Positions 35,886-50,378 of a stretch of DNA of 64,000 nucleotides are shown here, one piece after another. This DNA is from Hydrolagus colliei. Lineage: Eukaryota. The position numbers and the translations under genes were made by a program. The stretch lies in the NCBI GenBank assembly GCA_035084275.1, contig CM068745.1, positions 54,560,001-54,624,000 of the forward strand, written 5' to 3'. The notes under the pieces are model-generated. The model was not told the DNA's origin. It did no database searches and saw nothing but the letters and a program-made list of their open reading frames with translations. The number at the start of each line of letters is the position of its first letter. The stretch's first letter is position 1.

Positions 35886-37159
35886 TTCATCTTGTGAAGA
35901 GTACTTTAACCTTTACTAGTCTCAGTCAGCAGAGTGTTTGGCACCCTCAGAAACCCACCACAATGCTTAAGAGTATCCAAATCAAACTAAGAATTCCCCA
36001 TCTGTACTCCACCTAAACATGGAGATTTCCTGGTGTCTGGTTATAATCTTTATACTGTATAAAGAAGAAAGTAATGAGTAGCCTTTAATGTTCAGGAGAT
36101 GCTGACTATACATAATTGACATAACCCCACCCCTCCCCCACCAAACCACCCAATGTGTTACCCACCAGTAAATTGTTATTAGTTATGATAACCCTCTACT
36201 CCAGTGTCCATGCTGATTATTCAGTCCAAAGGTTGTTTTTAGCTGCTGTTGGCTGGTGTACAGCTGGTGGTAAGGAAGATAGCTCATTGCATTATTCATG
36301 ACAAGGTGCCAAAGTAAAAAAAACTAAACTTTTATCCTTCAGAGTGTGTCATTAAGGTCACCACTGAGTTCTGTAGCAGGTCGATGGCTGTCACACAAAA
36401 CGAATTTGGCAACGTCTCAGTGCAGTGCTTGATGGCAATTTATGACATTACCTGCAAGTACAATCTATCACGAGTGACAGGGAGCGCCCGATCATACCTG
36501 CACTGGGTAGTGTTCACTTTTTTAACCTTGGCTGCTGTCAGACTACAGATGGGTATGTCACCACATGTCAGGTGACTCCTCTGTTTGTTCTGCCATTGTG
36601 AGCACAGAAATATTCAGATCTGAAAATGGTTAATGGCACTCAGCTGCACCACAAACAAGAAGAAATGGGTTCTGTTAAAATATATCCTCATTTGAACAGC
36701 CATGTCAAAAACTGGTTCTCTGATGTTTTCAGAGGCGATTTGAATAATTATTAAGATGAACTGTCAGTCAAGATGTGTTAATTTTGTATTGACTCTTGCA
36801 TTTTGTAATTCCGTCTAATATCTGCTGGCGTGTTATTTTAATTAAAAGTGATAGCATTGGAACCGAGGGCTATGACAAGGGACTGACAACCAGTGTGAGC
36901 TTGTCACAGCCTTCAGTCAACATTTATTACTAATTATCTTTTAATAGATTGATACTGAGCAGGCAGTTTGCTTTGTTTTAAAATTGACAAACATAATGTT
37001 GGTAATAAATAGTCAAACCAGCATGTTTGGATACCAGTTCATTGCATTTTGCAAACTGGAAAGATGATGTAGCATTGCAGTTACATAGTTAGTTGACCTA
37101 GAGAAGCTTCATGAAATGTAGCCCTCATATCTCTGCAGCATGCAACGAGGCTCATACTA

Positions 37160-37512
37160 TAACAATAATAATAATTTCATATAATTTCATTATCACTTTT
37201 TGGAGACATCTCAAAGGTTATGTATATTTGACTGTATTTTGTGTGGGTGAAATGCAACAATCAGCTGCTCACGGCAGTTTCCCACAAGCAGTCATAAATT
37301 GAGTGACCAAATTATTATTTAAAACAAACATTTTTGAAGGGATTATTGCCCCAGAAAACGTTCTGCCTATAAACTAACAACTTAGTTCCTACTTAGTATT
37401 AGGTAAACAGAGGCATGTAGAGAAAGGAAACTTACCTAAGGTTTTGCCCTGCCAGGGAATTGAACCCAGGTCTCTCGCTTGCGAAGCAAATGATGTAACC
37501 AATACACTATTC
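37160..37512 (-). mobile_element. SINE, long variant of family A
   Basis: tail and Deu-like block, then aggtaaacagaggcatgtagagaaaggaaactt and gaacccaggtctctcgcttgcgaagc head. Confidence 0.75.
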
Positions 37513-37974
37513 CAGATACATTTCACACCTCGGTGGTTTTTGCCACCAATTGCAAATATTGCAAATTACACACCTATAGCACTGAATTGGAATTCTACAG
37601 TGCAATGAGTTGACCTGTTCCAGAGAGATTTAACAAGAAGTGGCAGCGGCAGCAGATACATTGGAAACATTGCTTCACTGAGAAAAAAAGATCTGCAACA
37701 CTTCAAATATATTTTGAGATTTTCCATAAAATGTGTTGCAACAGGATCCCAAAAGACTTTAGAAGATGCAGGCCTCAAATTCATATTCATTGTTTACATC
37801 TGCAATGGCATGATATTAGTAGCATCTACAGATTTGTTTAAATTCTGAGGTACTACTTTGAATAATGCATTATTTAAATGTTAAGTTTTTTTTCTGTACT
37901 TTCATCACATTGATGTATTGCCAACACCATTCCAAAATATAATTTTCTGGGATGAATGGTTGTAAAAGTTATAT

Positions 37975-38295
37975 AATAAATATAATAATCCTTGAATTTG
38001 ATATAGCGCTTTTTCACGTCTTCTAGACGTCTCAAAGCGCTTCACAGAATATACTGTAAAGTGAATTGACCATATATTTATGGGCAAAACACGGTAGCCA
38101 ATTGCAAACAGCAGTGTCCCACAAACAGTCATGGATTGAAATGACCAATTTTATTATTGTGGTTTTTTTGGAGGGATTATTATTATATCTGTGGAGTAAG
38201 AAAAGTTGCCCAATGTTTCGCCCTGACCTGCCTGGATTTGAACACAGGTCTCACACTTGTAAGGCAAGTGCTCTAACCACTGAACTACAGGACTC
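37975..38295 (-). mobile_element. SINE family A, full length, well preserved
   Basis: aataatccttgaatttgatatagcgc ... gtgctctaaccactgaactacaggactc. Confidence 0.9.
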
Positions 38296-41059
38296 TACAA
38301 GTTATACTAACTTCCATTGTGTATGTTATTGTAATCTAGGAAACTGTTTATTGTTATATACTGTACACGGGTTGAAAAAGCACTTCTCAGAAAAACTGCA
38401 GGTATACCTAGTGTATTGATCTGTAAAAATGCATGGGGTTCCCTAAGAAGGTCACTTATGTCCTAAGGCATTTTTTTGTGTGTCGAGATACCTTTTGTGT
38501 CTCAAAAATCTCAACAAGTACTGTTTTAGCCATGTAGATTTGTAATTATCTTAAGCAGCATGTTTGTGTGTGCTATAGTACAGTGGTTGCCTGTAGTTTG
38601 AACAGATTTGCAGATCGTACTTGCAACCTTGTACTGTTACTCTCCATGTTAAATCAACTTGTATATCATTTATACATTTATCACAACAAATGTGAAAAGT
38701 TTGCAAAAAATTTAAATGGTGCAAGTGTGCGATTTGGTTAAAAAACCTGAGAGTCATTAGGACGGTTAAGTGGAAACTATACACTGGAAGTGAAGGCCAC
38801 ATTCACAGATAAGAGCTTTTGGCTAGATTAAAAATATTATTTGATTTGAATATCAAAGGCAGAGTGACCTGAAGGTGTAGCATCTCAGTGGATTAATAAA
38901 CAGTGCAACATACCTGGAAGTTGTTCCCTACAGCATCCTAAGTGGTATGTTTACGGTAGTTTCTTAAATTTGATGTTTTTGTTCGAGCATCGGAAGGCCA
39001 ATAGGATTTTTGTAAACCCATTTTTACTTCTGGTCTTTAAGAGGAGAAAAAAACAATGGAAAAAATGTTTGTTACACACAGGTTTGTATCAACAGAGACA
39101 GAGATTGAAGAATTAAAGAGTTCTAATTTGTGATGGTTTTGCACTGTTGGTTACCATGTATCCCACAGTTCACCTTTAGTACAATTTGGTGCATGTTCAT
39201 TGGTCAGTATATCTGTATGACTTCCTTGCTGTTGTCTGTGGTTTAAGTAAAGTGCACATGATTTCAACTGGTTTTCTCCCTGATCCCATTACTTTACACA
39301 GGGAAAGGTTACAAAATTGTACTCTGACAGTTTGATGGAAAAAGAACATGTCAGTGAAACTCATCTGTCTGATTGTAAAATGAAGGTTAATGTATAGAAA
39401 GTGAGCACATCTGAGTCCCATACTTGTGGTTACAGATTTATGATGATGGATGTGTTCTGAATGACTGTAGTGCTTCCAGTGAATGTAGATGTTTTCCTTT
39501 CATAACATACATTGACTTTTCAAACCGAGTGACAAGTTCTCTCAATTATCAAATCTTGCCTCATGAAGAGTGAAAATAAAATTCTAAAACAATGTTGAAA
39601 TGTTTTAAAGGACAGTTTCCATGTTTCCAAACATCCATGGTACCTCTAGGTTATAAATAATTATGATCTTGTGCAACTAGAGTTGTGGGGACTCTCTACA
39701 CAAAGGTATGGTTGCACACTACGTGCATTCTTACTTTGGTACGGTACTTTGGTCTCCTGTGAAGAATGGTCAGTGAGCAGTCATACTTCAGAACAGCTTA
39801 ACCCGACATGTTACCATTCAAGCCTAACCTATCACGTTTTATTTTTGATCAAATGTTCTTGCCAAAGAAGCATAGATTAAACTGTTTGAATTCCCTACAC
39901 ATTATATTGACAAACATTTAACAAATAATAACTGTATACTGCAAAATTATTGCAATGCTCTATTAATTTATTATTATTAATATTTTTTGCATTCGGTATA
40001 GTGCCTTTCATAAAAAAAGTGCTTCATAGGATTTACCATAAAATGGAGTGGCTGTGTGAATTTGGGGGGAATGTGGCAGCCAAATTTGACACAGTTTGTA
40101 AGTTTGCTGCCCTATATTGATCTAATTCCTTTCAGGTATGTTGATTTATGAAATCCTTGTACTCCAATTCTTTAAATAATCCAAGTGTTCAAAATAAAAG
40201 GGAACAAATTCACTTTTGATCGTTTATAAAGATTGATATCATGTTCATGAAAGTTGATTGCACTAGATTAGAACACTGTCCTTTCACTGCACGGACCCAA
40301 TCGTCGAGGCTAGCTATATCAGAAAAATGGTGCTCTCACTCTGATGACTGTTAAGGGTGACAAGTGAAATGAATTCTGGCTGAGCCAGTCATCTTCCCAG
40401 TGGACATAAGTTCACTGAATAGAAACTGCAACTAAATGTGTCATAGAAAAGCTTGATGCTGTCACTAGGTGCAAATTGAAAACTGTTCCATTCTCAGGTC
40501 CTGTCATCCAACATCTTAATGAACACAAAGAAGACACTCACAAAAGGAGACTTCTAAGCTGCTCTAGCTCCACTCCAAATATATAAAGCTTAACACAAAT
40601 GTAGAACTTTGACTGTCTCGTCATTCTCTATGTGGTCAATGACTGTAATATTCAGTTTAGTTTTAAATGATGTCAGCACCTATAGTATTTGTATGTCTAT
40701 CCACGTGCGTTCATGTTTGTTTTTGGAAGGGAAGCAGCCCTTTGCACAGCAGATGTTCTCCATCAACGTGGATTGATTCAATTTGATTTTGTTGGTACAC
40801 CCTTTAGCAGCAAAGTGCCCTCTGTACAATATGTTAGCTGTGAATGTACAATACTTTGTTGGAGAGCAGTACCATTGAGTGTACCACTGAATGTTCCAAA
40901 CATTGCAAAAAGGTCCATTATATACACAATAGAATATACATTTAAATAGATTTATATACATTTATATCATTTCCAAAGAATGTCTCAAATAGCTTGACTC
41001 TGCCGACTGGGCATTCATGTTGGGGGTAGAGCAGAAATGGGTTGGGTGGGAGAAGGTAC

Positions 41060-41600
41060 AACAATTACAGCAAGTTGCATTTATATGTCACCCTTCATGC
41101 AGGGTAGAGTTTTGCAGTGCGTAAGGATGACCGAAAACCCAGTCAAAAAAGGTACAACTTGATATGAGTTGTCAATGTGGGGCAGGAGTTAGAGAGACTC
41201 CAGGATAGAGTTTCAGAGAGTTCCAATGATGGGTGGCACAAATAATGCTGGAGACATGAAATAGGCCAGTGTCTGCTGAGCAATGGAAATGATTAGGTTG
41301 GTATGGTTAAGGGAAGTTACAGAGGTAGGATAAGGTGAGGTCCTGGAGGAATTTGAGTGTGTGGACAAGGATCGTGAACTTGATCCATTGGAGGATGGGG
41401 AGCCTGCGGAGCTGAGTGAAAATGGGGTTAATACATTCATGGAGCCTAGTGTGGAAGAGGTCATGGGCCTCAGAGATCTGGATAATCTGCAGCTTGTATA
41501 GGGAAGATCTTGGCAGTCCGGTGAACAGGGTGTTGCTGTAGAGCATGGATGTGATAAAAGCATGAGTGAGTCTGAAGGGAGACGTACTATGTTCTCCAAC
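41060..41600 (-). mobile_element. L2 3' fragment
   Basis: YSNTLFTGLPRSSLYKLQIIQ...INPIFTQLRRLPILQWIKFTIL. Confidence 0.8.
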
Positions 41601-42758
41601 AAATAAATCAGTAAATCAATAAATCAATAGATCAATAAATGATGTTGACTTTCTACAAGACTATCAATGGCAGATTGCAATAAGGAGGTGGGGTCCCCCT
41701 AAATCCCAATTGAAATACTTTTGTGCACATCTGTTCAGAAGAACCAGTGAAGATTTCAAGCTACTTAAAATTCTTTTTTTAATTTACACAATAATTTTAG
41801 AAAGATTACCAAAAGCATGTCATAATCTTGTTGTGTAAGCATAATGATGTTTGGTAATAATTCTGAAGCATTCTGCAACATGTTACGTGTGACACAGGGC
41901 TTCTTCTTTATTATGTCTACCATGGAGTGTGCTTCACAGTTCCAGAAAACATAACGTGCCTTTTGTAGTTGTATTCATTTTCCATTGCACAATCACTCAG
42001 TGCTTGTAGTGCTCAGGGCTGCAATGACAAATTAGTGCAGATAAATGTGGAATTAGAGAGCAACTTGGCACTGTGAACACAAATTCATTGCTTTCAGCAT
42101 TCTTAGGAACTGTCAGAGAGAGGAGAGCATCATCTCCTTGTCTGCACGGCAAGGTGACAGGATGGAGTTTTAATTGTGTCACCCACTTGGCCCAAAGTTA
42201 ACTCATTTTCCAAATGGCAGCCCTGCATCTCAGGAGCTCCAGCCAAGGGCCACAACTAATGTAAAATGAGGATGATTAACGAATGAGCAACATTGATGGT
42301 GTAAAATAGATCAGCGGTCCATTATTGTCAAGTCAAGACCTAATCCATATGATGCATTAATGAAGTAACATATGAAGGAAACAATTCCACATAATCCAGT
42401 GCCTTTTTCAACCGAGCATTTGTTGCTGATAGAAAGCAGATAATATTGAACTGCATATTAAGAAAATAAAACTGAAAGCGGTAAAGATCACTGGGCTTAA
42501 CAAAATACATATTTTTAACAAGGTTTAATGTTTTATTTCATTTGTGTTGTCTATGATCTCTGGATATACATTTTTCATATTTTCAATACTTAGATCACAA
42601 AAAGATTTGAATCAAACGTTCGAAGGATGGAGCTCATCACTTCGCCAACACTGAAATGTGATAGATATATATTTTAGCATAGCCGTTATCTTAAATTTGA
42701 CTCATTAGCTACCATTATATCATCTGCGTAGAACCAAAGTAGAGGGTTAAAAAGAAGG

Positions 42759-45075
42759 TGTCCTGACACCTTCAAAGAGTCATTAACACAAATCCCCAGG
42801 TCTCTCTGTTCCCTCACACTCCTTAAAATTGTGCTATTTAACCTACATTGCCTCCCCTCATTTCTTCTCCCAAAATGTATCACCTCACACTTCTCTGCAT
42901 TAAACTTCATCTGCCGTGTGTCTGCCCACTTTACCATTTTATCTATATCTTGTTGCAGATGGTTACTATCCTCCTCACTATTTACTATTCTCCCTAACTT
43001 AGTATCATCTGCAAACTTGGAAACTGTGCTCCCTGCACTGAAGTCCAGATCATTAATATATATTAAAAAGAGCAGTGGCCCCAATACCGATCCCTGAGGG
43101 ACGCCACTGCACACTTCCCTCCAGTCTGAAAAACAGTCGCTCACCACAACTCGCTGCTTTCTGTCTCACAGCCAGTTGTGGATCCAGGCTGCCACTGTCA
43201 CTTTAATGCCGTGGGCCTCTACTTTCTTAAAAATCCTCTTATGCGGCACTTTGTCAATACCTTTTGAAAGTCCATATAAACTACATCAACTGCGCTAAAC
43301 TCGTCCACCCATTCCATTACCTCATTGAAAAATTCTATCAGATTTGTAAGGCAAGATTTGCCTATAACAAATCCATGCTGGCTGTCCTTTATTAGCCTAT
43401 ATCCTTCTAAGTGAAGATCTATCTTGTCCCTGATTGTAGACTCTAGAAGTTTGCCCACTACCAACGTTAGACTGACTGGCCTGCAGTTCCCAGGTTTGTC
43501 CTTCTCCCCTTTTTATACAGGGGCGTAACATTAGCAACCTTCCAGTCCTCTGGCACCACCCCTGTGTCCAAGGAAGATTGAAAGATCGTAGCCAGGGTCT
43601 CTGCTATTTGCTCCCGTACTTCCCTTAGTAACCTAGGATGCATCCCATCTGGACTGTGACCTATCTACCTTGAGCGCCATCAACCTTTTTAGTACTTCCT
43701 ATCTATTGATACTAATCCTATCCATTTCTTCTACCCTCTCCTCCAATACTGTAGCATTGGCTGCATCCTCTTCTCTTGTGAAGACAGAGGCAAAGTACAC
43801 ATTCAGCCATACTGTCCGCCTCCACAATAAGATTTCCTCCTTGACCCCTAATTGGCCCCACCGTACCCTTGACCACTATTTTTACTCTTAATATGTATGT
43901 AAAATACCTTAGGGTTCCCTTTAATGTTACCTGCTAATTGTTTCTCATGCAGTCTTTTTGCCCCTCTAATTTCCTTTTTCAGTTCTCTCCTGCATTTCCT
44001 ATATTCTGCTTGGTTGACCTCTGTATCTTGGGCCTGGCACTTGTCATAAGCCTCCTTTTTTTGCTTTATTTTAACCCAAATTGCCCTAGTCATTCAGGTA
44101 GGTTTGAATGCTCTACATTTTATCTTTGTTGGAATGTTTTTGACCTGTGCCCGAACTATCTTTGCCTTGAAGACTGCCCACTGCTTGTTAGCTGTTTTAC
44201 CTGCCAATCGTTCTTTCCAGTCCACCAGAACGGCTAGGTCCCGTTTTAACTCACTGAAATTAGCCTTCTTCAAGTTGAGTGTCTTCTCCTTTGAGTATTC
44301 CTTATCCCTTTCCATAATTACTCTGAATCTATTTATATTGTGATCACTATTTCCTAGGTGCTCACCTACAGAAACCTTGCCCACCCCATTCCCCAAAACT
44401 AGATCCAGCACTGCTTCCTTCCTTGCTGGACTGGAAACATACTTATCAAGAAAGTTGTCCTGTACACATTTCAGGAATTCTTCTCCTTCCTTGCCCTTTA
44501 CACTACTATTCTGCCAGTCGATGTTGGGAAAATTAAAGTCTCCCATTATCACTACTCATTGGCTTTGCATCTTTCCGAAATCCGCTTACAGATTTGCTCT
44601 TCTATCTCTTTCCCACTATTTGGTGGTCACTAGTATACCCCTAACAGTGTAACTGCTCATTTTTTATTCCTTATCTGTAACCAGATAGCTTCGGTTTTTT
44701 GGCCTTCTTTCACCTTGTTTCTTTCTAAGGCTGTAACTGAGTCTTTAACTAATATTGCCACTCCGCCTCCTTTTCTCCCCCTTCTCTATCCCACCCGAAT
44801 ACATTATAGCCAGGAATGTTGAGTTCCCATTCTTGCCCTTGTTTGAGCCAGGTCCCTGTTACTGCTACCACATCATATCCCCTTGCAGCAAGTAGAGCCT
44901 ACAGCTCACCAATTTTATTTGTCAAACTCCATGCATTTACATACATGCACTCCAAGACAGAATTCACCTGTTCTGTACTTTTCTCCTGTCCTACCCCTCT
45001 CCTCGTCCCCTGTCTTACCTCTCCCATAACTGAACTACTGTTTGCATTCCCATTCCCCCTCAAAATTAGTTTTAA
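42759..45075 (-). mobile_element. CR1 LINE, decayed ORF2 (APE endonuclease + RT), 3' end missing
   Basis: CMYVNAWSLTNK (APE start, about 44950), IMGDFNFPNIDW, LGNSDHN, QHGFVIGKSCLTNLIEFF, GVPQGSVLGPLLFLIYINDLD, SKFADDTKLG; multiple stops and frameshifts. Confidence 0.95.
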
Positions 45076-45084
45076 GTGCCCCCC

Positions 45085-45695
45085 CTACAGCATCAGACAA
45101 TTTCCCTGCAAGGAGGTGATGGACGGACATTTGTCCCCAAGATGACTTTGAAGTAAAAGTCAGATTGGGCCTGTGAAAGGGGCAGCTGGTAGGTGCAGAG
45201 GTGCTTGAGCCATAGTTAGCGGGTGATCATGAAAACAGATTACTGTACTGCCATCTGCACTTGAGCATCTGCATTTGTGATTTCAGTGAGTGGAGATGAC
45301 TGTTGTAGCACAGAAAATGAGTGGATTTGGAAACAACCCTTCAAGGAAGGGAATTGAAGGTTGTGCAGAGATGGTCATTCAGCAGTTTGGTGACTGCATC
45401 AGGATCGCTGCAGGTGGAGAGCCAGAGAGAATGGAGGTCCGAGGAGGAATGAGCATTTGTGATGGACTCAAAGGGGAAGCTTTTTCCAGGGCAGAAATAA
45501 AAGGTGGAGGGTTTGGAAGATAGAAGGGGGTTGTGGGAGGAGAAGGAGATGAGGAAGCTGTCCAATGTGGCCTTGTGTGTGATAGACAGGAGGGAAATGT
45601 CAAGACCACGTGTGATGATGAGGTCGAGGGAGTGGCCACTGATGTGGGTCGGCGAGTTGATGTGGAGAATGAGGTTTAGGGAGGAGGGCAATCAA
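45085..45695 (-). mobile_element. L2 APE-endonuclease region fragment
   Basis: LNLILHINSPTHISGHSLDLIITRGL. Confidence 0.75.
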
Positions 45696-46234
45696 ATCTT
45701 AAAAATTCTTCAGTGAGTACATAGGTCTTCCAACTTTAAATTGGCAAAAATGGAACGTCTGGAGTTTGGAGAGCTAACTTTGGCTTTTGGGAAATTATTT
45801 AATAGGAAACCTCATTCCTTTAATGGCAATTTCAGTAGTGAAACTTCATGACAATAAGTATTTGATTAGTGCACTGGACAGCATTTGATGTGATAGATAT
45901 TGAATGAATGCTTCATTGACCCTAATATTGTGGTTTTCCTTTGCTAGTCAGCCATAAGTAGAGTTTAAAAAAAGATTACTGACTAAACAGCCAGAAGTGT
46001 GGCTTCACGCTGTTTGCTTAGAATTGTTTTGATCAATGTACCGTGACTGTGTCAAATGATAATGATATTGCACTTGAGTTTGTGGTTGGGAAGCAATGTG
46101 AGGATTGAACAGTAGGCTATCTGCACACTTGACAACCTGCATAGGTTTGACAAACTCTATGTAAGCAGCATGTTAGTAACATAAATATTTTCTCTTGGCA
46201 ATTTACTTCTTTAATTTGCTCACTCCCCTGGAAG

Positions 46235-46622
46235 CATGTTTTCTTTTCTCCTTCTGTTTAAGTGTTGGGAGTACAGTTCCACAGGCACAGTATCTCTCTC
46301 GTACCTTGCCCAAGTGTTGACAGTGAGTGTGAACACACTACTCAATCATAGAGGGTTAGTGTCAGAACAGCTGAGCCTTAACCTATTCTTATCTGATAGT
46401 CATACAGGCACATCTTAAGCAGAGGTTGGTGGATAATGATCGGGACCAAAAACCCTGACTGATTTTCCATGTTCCAAACTCAGTGTGTTGCGGCTAGATG
46501 TACTGCCTTAATGTTACTTGAGATCAGGATATTCAGCACATACTGGGCATTGAACTTGGCACCTTTCTGATTTGCATGGCACAAGCCACGCACTGAATAA
46601 ATTTACTGGGCCATCAGGGAGA
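46235..46622 (-). mobile_element. SINE family C, near full length
   Basis: gtaccttgcccaagtg..cagtgagtgt..aaccctgactgatttt..gagatcag..cagcaca..gaacttggcacctttctg. Confidence 0.6.
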
Positions 46623-49600
46623 TTATTGAAGGATCATTTTGATCGAACATACTTGATCTCTGCTCTCAAAATAACTGAATAACTTCAAAAAAAAACATAT
46701 ATTTAATGTAGTTTACAGTAGAAAATGGTATTCGAAGGTCACTTGTAAATGGAATATTACATATACATCCAGTGAATTGTGGATGAGACATCTGTCTAGA
46801 TTGCATCTATTCATTTGGTCCTTTTTACACATAAATCTCCACAACCTTAGCTCCGTGGTTGATGTGATGTTTTCGAAAGCACAATCAGCACGTTTTTATT
46901 CAGGACAAAGATCAATCTAATGATGTCTTTACTGTTGACCACAATGGTCCAAATCGTCACTGCAAGCTGCACTCAATAGAAACTGTTCACAGGCAGAGAG
47001 CAATTCTGATCAAAAGGATTATTGTTAATCTTCCAAGTGCACGGCTGAAGGGATTTGGACAGCTTTGTTAAAGTTTATGTGTAGGCTGGAAAGTGCAGTG
47101 AGGGTAAGTATTAATTCTTAATGTGCTGGAGAACAAGAATGGTCTAGTCCCAGTGGACACAGCCTGTCTCTCAGAAAATCAGATATTAGCAGATTACAGG
47201 CTCATCCTTCCACTATCCAGGGAATAGAGATAAACACAGTCAGTTCGCAGATGAAAAGGCTACATGGAGAAAGGCTGATGTTACAAAATTAAATGTCTGT
47301 TCCAAGGACATACAAATGTCAGTTTGAATGAAAATACCACAACAAGAAAATGTGGGAGAAATAGCTTTTTAAAATTGCTTTAGTTTTGTTTCTAAAAGAA
47401 TATCCCAAATTCAGCAGCTTCCAAATGAGATTGTAAAAGGTAATGAAAAATCAGCAGTTTTTTGGTTGGGAGGGTATTAGGCAGGGACATGTGAGGTGCA
47501 CTGAACCTACCATAACAGCCAGTTAGGCATATATTTCTTTCTACTATAATTATTTTCTCTTAAACTAAAATAATCCAACAAATCTTTTTTACCTTTCATT
47601 TGGTTTCTATTCAACTGGAGCAATTATAGGTCTTTGGATATTGAAATAAAGCATGGGTAACAGTGTACAGAAAGGCTCTTATGTACCCCCAGTGCATTTG
47701 AGACCCCCGTCCAGATAATACATGATATATTTTAAGATATTTCCATGTAAACATATACCTGGAGATCATCAATTAAGACCTCTGCAAAAAAGAATCATCC
47801 AAATGAAAACCTTTTCTTTAAAAAACGTTTCTTTGAAAAAAATTGCTCAACAATCTGAAGCTGTTGAGGATTCTATTTAGCAGAGTAATAGGGGAGTAGA
47901 ATTTGAAGCTATTTCAGCCTGTTTATGAGAAAATGTCATTTTCCTTTACACAGTGAGTTGATAGAATCAATGCAGAAGATAGATTCATGCTGCTATGGAA
48001 CCTGTAACGTGACATTATGGAGCTCCAAGAGATATACAAAATACCAAACCAAATACTTTGTAATGAATCTTCTTGGGATTGCCGCAGGCCTAAAATTTCA
48101 CCTGCGCTTAGCATGTAAGACATAACATGTAATGTCTTTTTGATCAGCTGGGTATCTGACACTTGCGAAAATCCATTACCATGATTAAGAGTATCCAAAA
48201 TAAACTGAGAATTCCATGCATTCCACTTTTACATGGACATTCCAGACATATTTGTTAAAATTGAATGCATACTCTCCCTGGAATGATGCTGATCTAAATC
48301 TGGAAAGTACAACTGCAGATTGATATGATCCATTGATTTGGGATTGCAGAATATGTGTTGGGGTACTGCTGGAGTCTAACAAGCTAAAATTGCATAGCTT
48401 TTCATTGAGAGCACTGCCTGGCAAGCTCTCCAGCTGCTCGTCCAGCTAAAATTACAGTACCCGATTGACTTGCAGGGTTAATGTGAGCTGAGTATAGAGT
48501 CCCTGCCCCCAGTGAATGGTCTGTCCTTTCAAGTCGTGCTGATGAGCTGAACGTGCACAGAATTGTGGATCATTGTTAAATCCAGTCTTAATTTGGAAAT
48601 ACATTTTTCACATTCCTTAAAAAGCAACATTTCCTAAATTCAGAATTGATTAAAGAATGTTTCCACAATTATGTATTATTTAATACATTTTCTCTGTATT
48701 ATTTAAGACTAGGTACAATTTGAAACCCGGTAAACGATATTGGGGACTAATTAATAAACCTTTGGCTACAGCCTGAATATAGACTGAACTCACCATGTTT
48801 CATATAAAGATGTATGTGGAGTGAGTACTGTGGTATACATCAAAGGTATCACACTATATGGAGAGTTTTTGACTTCCATTGACATGAATTCCTTGCCCTC
48901 TTCCCAACCCAAATGGAAATCCTCTTGTCAATATTACTGGTCATTTGCTGCAAAATCCTGTTAGGGAATTTACAATCTATTACATGACTCTGTAATATTT
49001 TCTTTCAAAATGCCCTTCTGGTAGACTATAAATAAAGACAAAAATGTTACACTTAGAATTTGAACTCCCTGTGTATCATGGAGTGATTTTATTTAGTGGA
49101 CTATTTTCAAGATGAAGAATCCTTTTCTCTGAAGCTCACATCGATTAGGTCATAACAGGAGTAATAAAATGTGGTGCTAGAAGTGCTGTATGAGCTATAT
49201 GTGACTCCCACAACTGACTGAGTCTGAATAAAAATGCATGCAACCAGACCTGATTAAAAATGGACTGCTTAATATTTAACTAACAACTTGCAATTTGCAG
49301 TGGTTCATTGGGATCTCTAACATAACATAACTTACTGGTCTTGTCATTTAGGCACATGTACCCTTTACATGAACTTTATTCATGAAAAGCCTTTGACTGA
49401 TGCTCTGGTCAGATTTGATACTCCCCAGCCCTGGTTTTCCACCATCTATCACTCTTGACATGGTGCTTTGCACTCAGTACATTTCTAATGTACTGAAATT
49501 TGTAAATCTCCATCTTTCTTACACACGTCAAGCTGGCTTTCATCAGATGGTCTGGCATGTGTTACAATGATGTCGAACACCCAACAAGAATTCCTAACTG

Positions 49601-50071
49601 GAATCTATCTGGTGCGGAATACTAACAATGGAGGCCCATATTTTCACCATCTGAAGTCTTTAAAACAAAACAATTTTGCAGCCTAATACTAAATGGAATT
49701 TCAGGCCTCAGAGATCATTATGTAGAATGGGATGTATGTTTATAAACATGTGGCATAAAGATGCAATACTGTCGTTACATTTGATAATATGGCACTCTCT
49801 CACGTTGTTGAAATATTTCAAAGCATTTCAAAGGATTTGACTGGTTTTACTGCATTTGTAGGTAAATATCTGGAGTTGGAGATCAACATGATTTGTAAAT
49901 TTCATCCTAATTATTACGTACAACAATTTGCAATTACATATGCCTGACATAGGATAACCCACTCAGAGAACTTGTCGGTTATCAAAGTTATATTTGGTAT
50001 GGTGTATTTCAACAACTTGTATTTATTTAGTGCCTTTTATGTAGAGTCCTGGAGTGCTTAAATTTAACGTA

Positions 50072-50378
50072 CTGTAGAACATCGATAATCTGGCATTTTA
50101 AAAGCTGGCAACTCCCTAAAAACAGTAAGATTTCAAAGTATTACATTTAAATTTACAACTTATTTAAAATTCATTTATTTTTCAGTAATAACACTTATTT
50201 CTTTATATATTCATATGTAAATCATGTTAAATAATACATAAAAACTATATTGGTTATATAAAACAACATTGATAAAGTTACGCACTGTTAGGCTAGGATA
50301 GGATTCTAAATATCGGCAAACTCCGAAATCCTGGAGGTGCTTGTTCCCAATTGTGCCGGATTATCGAATTTCCACCTG
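50072..50378. mobile_element. Tigger/pogo-like MITE, AT-rich interior, 307 bp
   Basis: TA-CTGTAGAACATCGATAATCTGGCA ... TGCCGGATTATCGAATTTCCACCTG-TA; imperfect TIR. Confidence 0.7.

Noticed and set aside
42686-44552. RT and endonuclease ORFs as functional CDS
   Set aside because: Fragmented by stops and frameshifts; dead CR1 copy
41060-45695. Idea that the L2 pieces at 41060-41600 and 45085-45695 are one element split by the CR1
   Set aside because: About 1.1 kb of non-LINE sequence intervenes and the RT core is absent; cannot be supported
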